Part shown: one piece after another, positions 14,794 through 18,319 of the stretch
How positions within the stretch are numbered: position 1 is the first letter of the stretch
How the letters are laid out: each line of letters starts with the position of its first letter
NCBI GenBank assembly: GCA_040902005.1
Contig: JBBDYA010000125.1
Coordinates: forward strand, 1 to 18,319
DNA length: 18,319 nucleotides
DNA from: Gemmatimonadaceae bacterium
GTDB lineage: Bacteria > Gemmatimonadota > Gemmatimonadetes > Gemmatimonadales > Gemmatimonadaceae
Direction of reading: 5' to 3'
The notes under the pieces: generated by a model
The model's database searches: none
Told to the model about the DNA's origin: nothing
Seen by the model: only the letters and a program-made list of their open reading frames with translations
Position numbers and translations under genes: made by a program

Positions 14794-15755
14794 CTGACGG
14801 GCGGCGGATTGCGGCCGATGGCCTTCCGGATCACGCCACCCGCCTGCTCCAGCGCGCGCTCGGCGTCCTGGCGGCTTCCGCCAAGGAAGTGCATGGCGAT
14901 CGCCGTTTTCACTGTGCCTCCGGCGCGCTCGAGCAACGCGCGCGCCGCCGCGCGGTCGCCGCCACACACCTCCATCACGATGCGCTCGCCGCGGTCACGC
15001 AGCTTGTCGTTGGTGGCGCGCAGATCCACCATCAGGTTGCCGAAGGTCTTTCCCAGCCGGATCATCGCGCCGGTGGTGATGGTGTTGAGCACGAGCTTGG
15101 TTGCCGTCCCCGCCTTCATGCGCGTGGATCCGGTCACCACCTCGGGGCCCGTGACTGGCTGGATGACAATGTCGGCGACCGCGAGCGTTTCCGCGGGCGG
15201 CGGCGAGCAGGCAACAATCGCGGTGCGAGCGCCCATGGCGCGCGCATGCTCGAGCGCCCGGCGCACGTACGGCGTGGTGCCCGACGCGGCGATGCCGATC
15301 ACGAAATCACCGGCGCGCACGCCGGCCGCGCGCAGGTCGTCCGCCGCGCCCTCGACCCGGTCCTCCGCGCCCTCCTGGGACCGCGTGAGCGCCGGCAGTC
15401 CCCCCGCGATGATTCCCTGCACCATCCCCGGGTCGGTGCCGTAGGTGGGGGGCATCTCGGAGGCGTCCAGCACCCCCAGCCGGCCCGACGTGCCCGCCCC
15501 CACATGGAACAGGCGGCCGCCGCGCCGGAAGGTGGCCTCGGCCGCCTCGATGGCCCGCGCGATGGGCTCCCGCTGGCTGAACACCGCGTCGGGAACCCCG
15601 CGGTCCTCCGCCGCAATCAGGTCCACGATCTCCAGCGCGGACGCCAGGTCGATGTCCGCGGTGCGCGGATTGCGCTGCTCGGTGACGCGCGGGTCGGCGG
15701 ACGCGGCCGGCGCGCCAGGGACACTCCGATCTGTCGTGTTCTGCTTGTCAGTCAG
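14790..15755 (-). CDS. murQ: N-acetylmuramic acid 6-phosphate etherase (start uncertain; CTG 15755 proposed)
   Basis: GAGTSGRLGVLDASE.PPTYG, EGAED, GIAASGTTPYV, GPEVVTGSTRMKAGTATKLVLN, GNLMVD. The conserved N-terminus TEQRNPRTADID lies in frame upstream of the track's GTG 15626. Confidence 0.93.
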   Translation of the reverse strand: MTDKQNTTDRSVPGAPAASADPRVTEQRNPRTADIDLASALEIVDLIAAEDRGVPDAVFSQREPIARAIEAAEATFRRGGRLFHVGAGTSGRLGVLDASEMPPTYGTDPGMVQGIIAGGLPALTRSQEGAEDRVEGAADDLRAAGVRAGDFVIGIAASGTTPYVRRALEHARAMGARTAIVACSPPPAETLAVADIVIQPVTGPEVVTGSTRMKAGTATKLVLNTITTGAMIRLGKTFGNLMVDLRATNDKLRDRGERIVMEVCGGDRAAARALLERAGGTVKTAIAMHFLGGSRQDAERALEQAGGVIRKAIGRNPPPVR

Positions 15756-15879
15756 CGGACGGTTCCTGGTGGAAACCCCTGGCGCGCTGTCGGGTTGAAC
15801 TGATCGGCACGATCGCTACATCATGGCGCACGGGGAAAACTTACCCGCCGCCGAACGACCATTGCAAGGAGACACGCAC

Positions 15880-16533
15880 GTGAAACGCCCACTGCTGATC
15901 GTCGCTGGACTGCTCGTGCTTGGCACGGACGCGTTGCGCGGGCAGATCATTCGCCCCGTACGGCGCTTCACGCCGATCGCCTGGACCTCGCTGTCGGTTG
16001 GCTGGCTTCAGCAGCAGGGCATCTACGATCCAGGCACCAACGCCGCCTGGCATTTCGGCAGCGGGCCTCAGTTTCGCGCGTCGCTGGGAATTCCCGTGGG
16101 CACCGGCGCGACGCTCGGCGTCGTCGGCTCCATGGCTCGCCTCCCCCTCATCTACGCCGGCGCGCTTTTGGGGGATCGCAGCTGCCTGAACTGTGACGCG
16201 GACGCCACTGTATCGCAGGTGCTCGCCAACTTCCGCATCGGCGGCGGAAGCGGATTTCACCAGGTGATCGACCTGAACGCGGGCTACACCAGCTTTCACA
16301 ACTTCCGCCGGAGCGACGACGGAGCGGCGCTGGGCAGCGAATCGCCCGTAAACGACTTCACCTTCGGACTCGGCTACGGCTTCGGGTACACTTTTTCGGA
16401 GCGGGCACAACTCGTCATCGTACAGGACGTGGCGCTGCTCATCCACAAGCGGCAGAGCGGCAGCGCGGAGAGCACGGTCCAGCAGCGCGTCACGCGGGTG
16501 GGCGGGCGATTCGCGCTGGGAAACAGGAACTAG
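15880..16533 (+). CDS. Putative small outer-membrane beta-barrel protein, 217 aa
   Basis: AAGGAG RBS before GTG 15880. Signal peptide, then alternating amphipathic strands (FTFGLGYGFGYTF, RVGGRFAL near the C-terminus). Confidence 0.6.
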   Translation: MKRPLLIVAGLLVLGTDALRGQIIRPVRRFTPIAWTSLSVGWLQQQGIYDPGTNAAWHFGSGPQFRASLGIPVGTGATLGVVGSMARLPLIYAGALLGDRSCLNCDADATVSQVLANFRIGGGSGFHQVIDLNAGYTSFHNFRRSDDGAALGSESPVNDFTFGLGYGFGYTFSERAQLVIVQDVALLIHKRQSGSAESTVQQRVTRVGGRFALGNRN

Positions 16534-16542
16534 GTTCCACCG

Positions 16543-18297
16543 ATGTCCTTCGGCACTCCACTAATTCTTGCCCTGGCCGCGGCCGCCCTCGTGGGGTGCC
16601 GCCCCGGCGCCGCGCCGTCGCCCGCGCCGGCGTTTCCCGCGTATTGGCCGCACCGGGGCCCGTCGATCGCCGCCCGGAGCGCGCACGCCATGGTCGCCAC
16701 CGACGCGCCGCTCGCAAGCCGGGTGGGCGTGGAGATTCTCAGGGCCGGAGGCAATGCGGTAGACGCGGCTGTCGCGACGGGGTTCGCGCTTGCCGTGGTG
16801 TACCCCGAAGCCGGGAACCTCGGGGGCGGCGGGTTCACGCTCGTGCGCATGGCGGACGGCCGTTCGGCGGCCATCGATCATCGGGAGATCGCACCGCTCG
16901 CCGCGACCCGTGACATGTTCCTGGACGACAGCGGGCGTGTCACGCGCCAGAGCGTCGTCGGTCCTCTCGCCTCGGGGGTTCCGGGCAGCGTCGCCGGCCT
17001 GGTCGCCACGCACGAACGGTTCGGCGTGCTGCCCCTCGCGCGGGTTCTCGCGCCCGCGATCCGTCTCGCCGCCGACGGCTTCGAGGTGGATTCGCTGCTG
17101 GCGGCGTCACTCGCGCGCTACTCCGAGCTCATCGCCGAATTTGCCGGCGGCGCCGTGTTTCTTCCCGGGGGGCAGGCGCTTTCGCGCGGGGCCACGCTGC
17201 GCCAGCCCGCGCTCGCGCGCACGCTCCGTGACATCGCGGACAGCGGCGCGGCGGCGTTCTACACGGGCGCCCTGTCGCGCCGAGTCGCGGACGATCTTCA
17301 GAACGCCGGCAGCATCATCACCGGGCAGGATCTCGCGAGCTACGCCGTGGAAGTGCGCGAACCGATCCGCGCGACGTACCGCGGGCACACCATCGTGACG
17401 ATGCCCCCGCCGTCGTCCGGCGTGACGATGATCGAGACCCTGAACATCCTGGAGGGTTTCGATCCCCTGCCTCCCTACGGCAGCGCGCGGCGGGCGCACC
17501 TGCTGGCGTCCGCGTTCCAGCGTGCATTCGTGGATCGCAACGCCCTGCTCGCGGACCCGGCCTTCGCGCCGGTACCCGTGGCGCGGCTCACGAGCAAGTC
17601 GTACGCAGCGGGGCTGCGCGCCACGATCGGCGCCCGCGCGTCTGCCACGTCGCAGGTCATGGCGCGCATGCGCGAGGGGGGAGAGGGAGGTGCCCACACC
17701 ACGCATTACTCCGTGGTGGACGCCGCCGGCAATGCCGTATCCACCACGACCACGATCAACGACCTGTACGGCTCCGGCGTGTACCTGCCCACCGTGGGAT
17801 TCTTCATGAACGACGAGATGGACGACTTTGCCGGCGCGCCGGGCAGGCCCAACCTGTTCGGGCTGGTGCAGGGGGAGCAGAACGCGATTCAGCCGGGAAA
17901 GCGCATGCTCAGCTCGATGCTGCCGACGATCGTGCTGGACCGCGCCGCGAGGCCACTGCTCGTCGTCGGCGCGCGCGGTGGACCGCGGATCATCACGAGC
18001 GTGACGCAGACGATCGTGAACGTGATCGACCACGGGATGACGTTGCCGGATGCGATCGACGCACCCCGCCTGCATCACCAGGCGCTGCCGGACACGATCC
18101 GCTACGAGCGGGATGGCCTGACGCCCGCGCTGCTGGACTCCCTGCGGTTGCTGGGCTACGGCACGCAGGTCTTTGGCCGGGGACCCGCGTTTTCCCCGGG
18201 CGGAAACATCGGCTCCGTCAACGGGATCATGAGGACGCCGCGCGGATGGATCGGCTACTCGGACCCGCGGTCTGGTGGGCGCGCCGCCGGATACTGA
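16543..18297 (+). CDS. ggt: Gamma-glutamyltransferase, predicted lipoprotein, 584 aa
   Basis: LVG-C lipobox. GGNAVDAAVA, GNLGGGGF, IDHRE.AP, GVPGSVAG, autocleavage site TTHYSVVDAAGNAVSTTTTIN, NDEMDDF, PGKRMLSSM. Confidence 0.95.
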   Translation: MSFGTPLILALAAAALVGCRPGAAPSPAPAFPAYWPHRGPSIAARSAHAMVATDAPLASRVGVEILRAGGNAVDAAVATGFALAVVYPEAGNLGGGGFTLVRMADGRSAAIDHREIAPLAATRDMFLDDSGRVTRQSVVGPLASGVPGSVAGLVATHERFGVLPLARVLAPAIRLAADGFEVDSLLAASLARYSELIAEFAGGAVFLPGGQALSRGATLRQPALARTLRDIADSGAAAFYTGALSRRVADDLQNAGSIITGQDLASYAVEVREPIRATYRGHTIVTMPPPSSGVTMIETLNILEGFDPLPPYGSARRAHLLASAFQRAFVDRNALLADPAFAPVPVARLTSKSYAAGLRATIGARASATSQVMARMREGGEGGAHTTHYSVVDAAGNAVSTTTTINDLYGSGVYLPTVGFFMNDEMDDFAGAPGRPNLFGLVQGEQNAIQPGKRMLSSMLPTIVLDRAARPLLVVGARGGPRIITSVTQTIVNVIDHGMTLPDAIDAPRLHHQALPDTIRYERDGLTPALLDSLRLLGYGTQVFGRGPAFSPGGNIGSVNGIMRTPRGWIGYSDPRSGGRAAGY

Positions 18298-18319
18298 CGC
18301 ACGAAGGGGGGGGGGGGGG

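Noticed and set aside
10524..15444. Long alternative-frame ORFs (10524-11960, 11710-13326, 13471-15444)
   Set aside because: They lie antisense to genes with clear family motifs and have no recognisable domains.
18306..18319. G14 run at the window end
   Set aside because: Terminal poly-G is a typical two-colour sequencing or contig-end artefact; there is no evidence of function.

Overview
High-GC bacterial DNA that appears to be two segments joined at ~2966-2970. Left segment (1-~2969): two Amidohydro_2-family metallohydrolases flanking an ABM-fold gene, plus a PHB-depolymerase/LpqP-type esterase that breaks off before its catalytic Ser; this set looks actinobacterial. Right segment (~2970-18319) is from a diderm (Gemmatimonadota-like by my recollection of these families; unverified). 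It holds a lipoprotein N-acetylmuramoyl-L-alanine amidase apparently co-transcribed with a gluzincin/beta-propeller/Omp85-barrel protein. Divergent from these is a four-gene Ser/Thr phospho-signalling cassette: triple zinc-ribbon double-FHA adaptor, membrane Hanks kinase, membrane PP2C phosphatase, and an FHA-TM-trypsin protease. Next come a small membrane-protein gene framed by 75-bp inverted REP-like repeats, murQ-anmK, a small beta-barrel protein and ggt. The best candidate new system is the kinase/phosphatase/FHA cassette wired to a transmembrane trypsin protease inside a peptidoglycan turnover and recycling locus. A third, truncated copy of the REP-like repeat marks the probable chimeric junction. 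No database searches were run; family calls rest on motifs read from the sequence.
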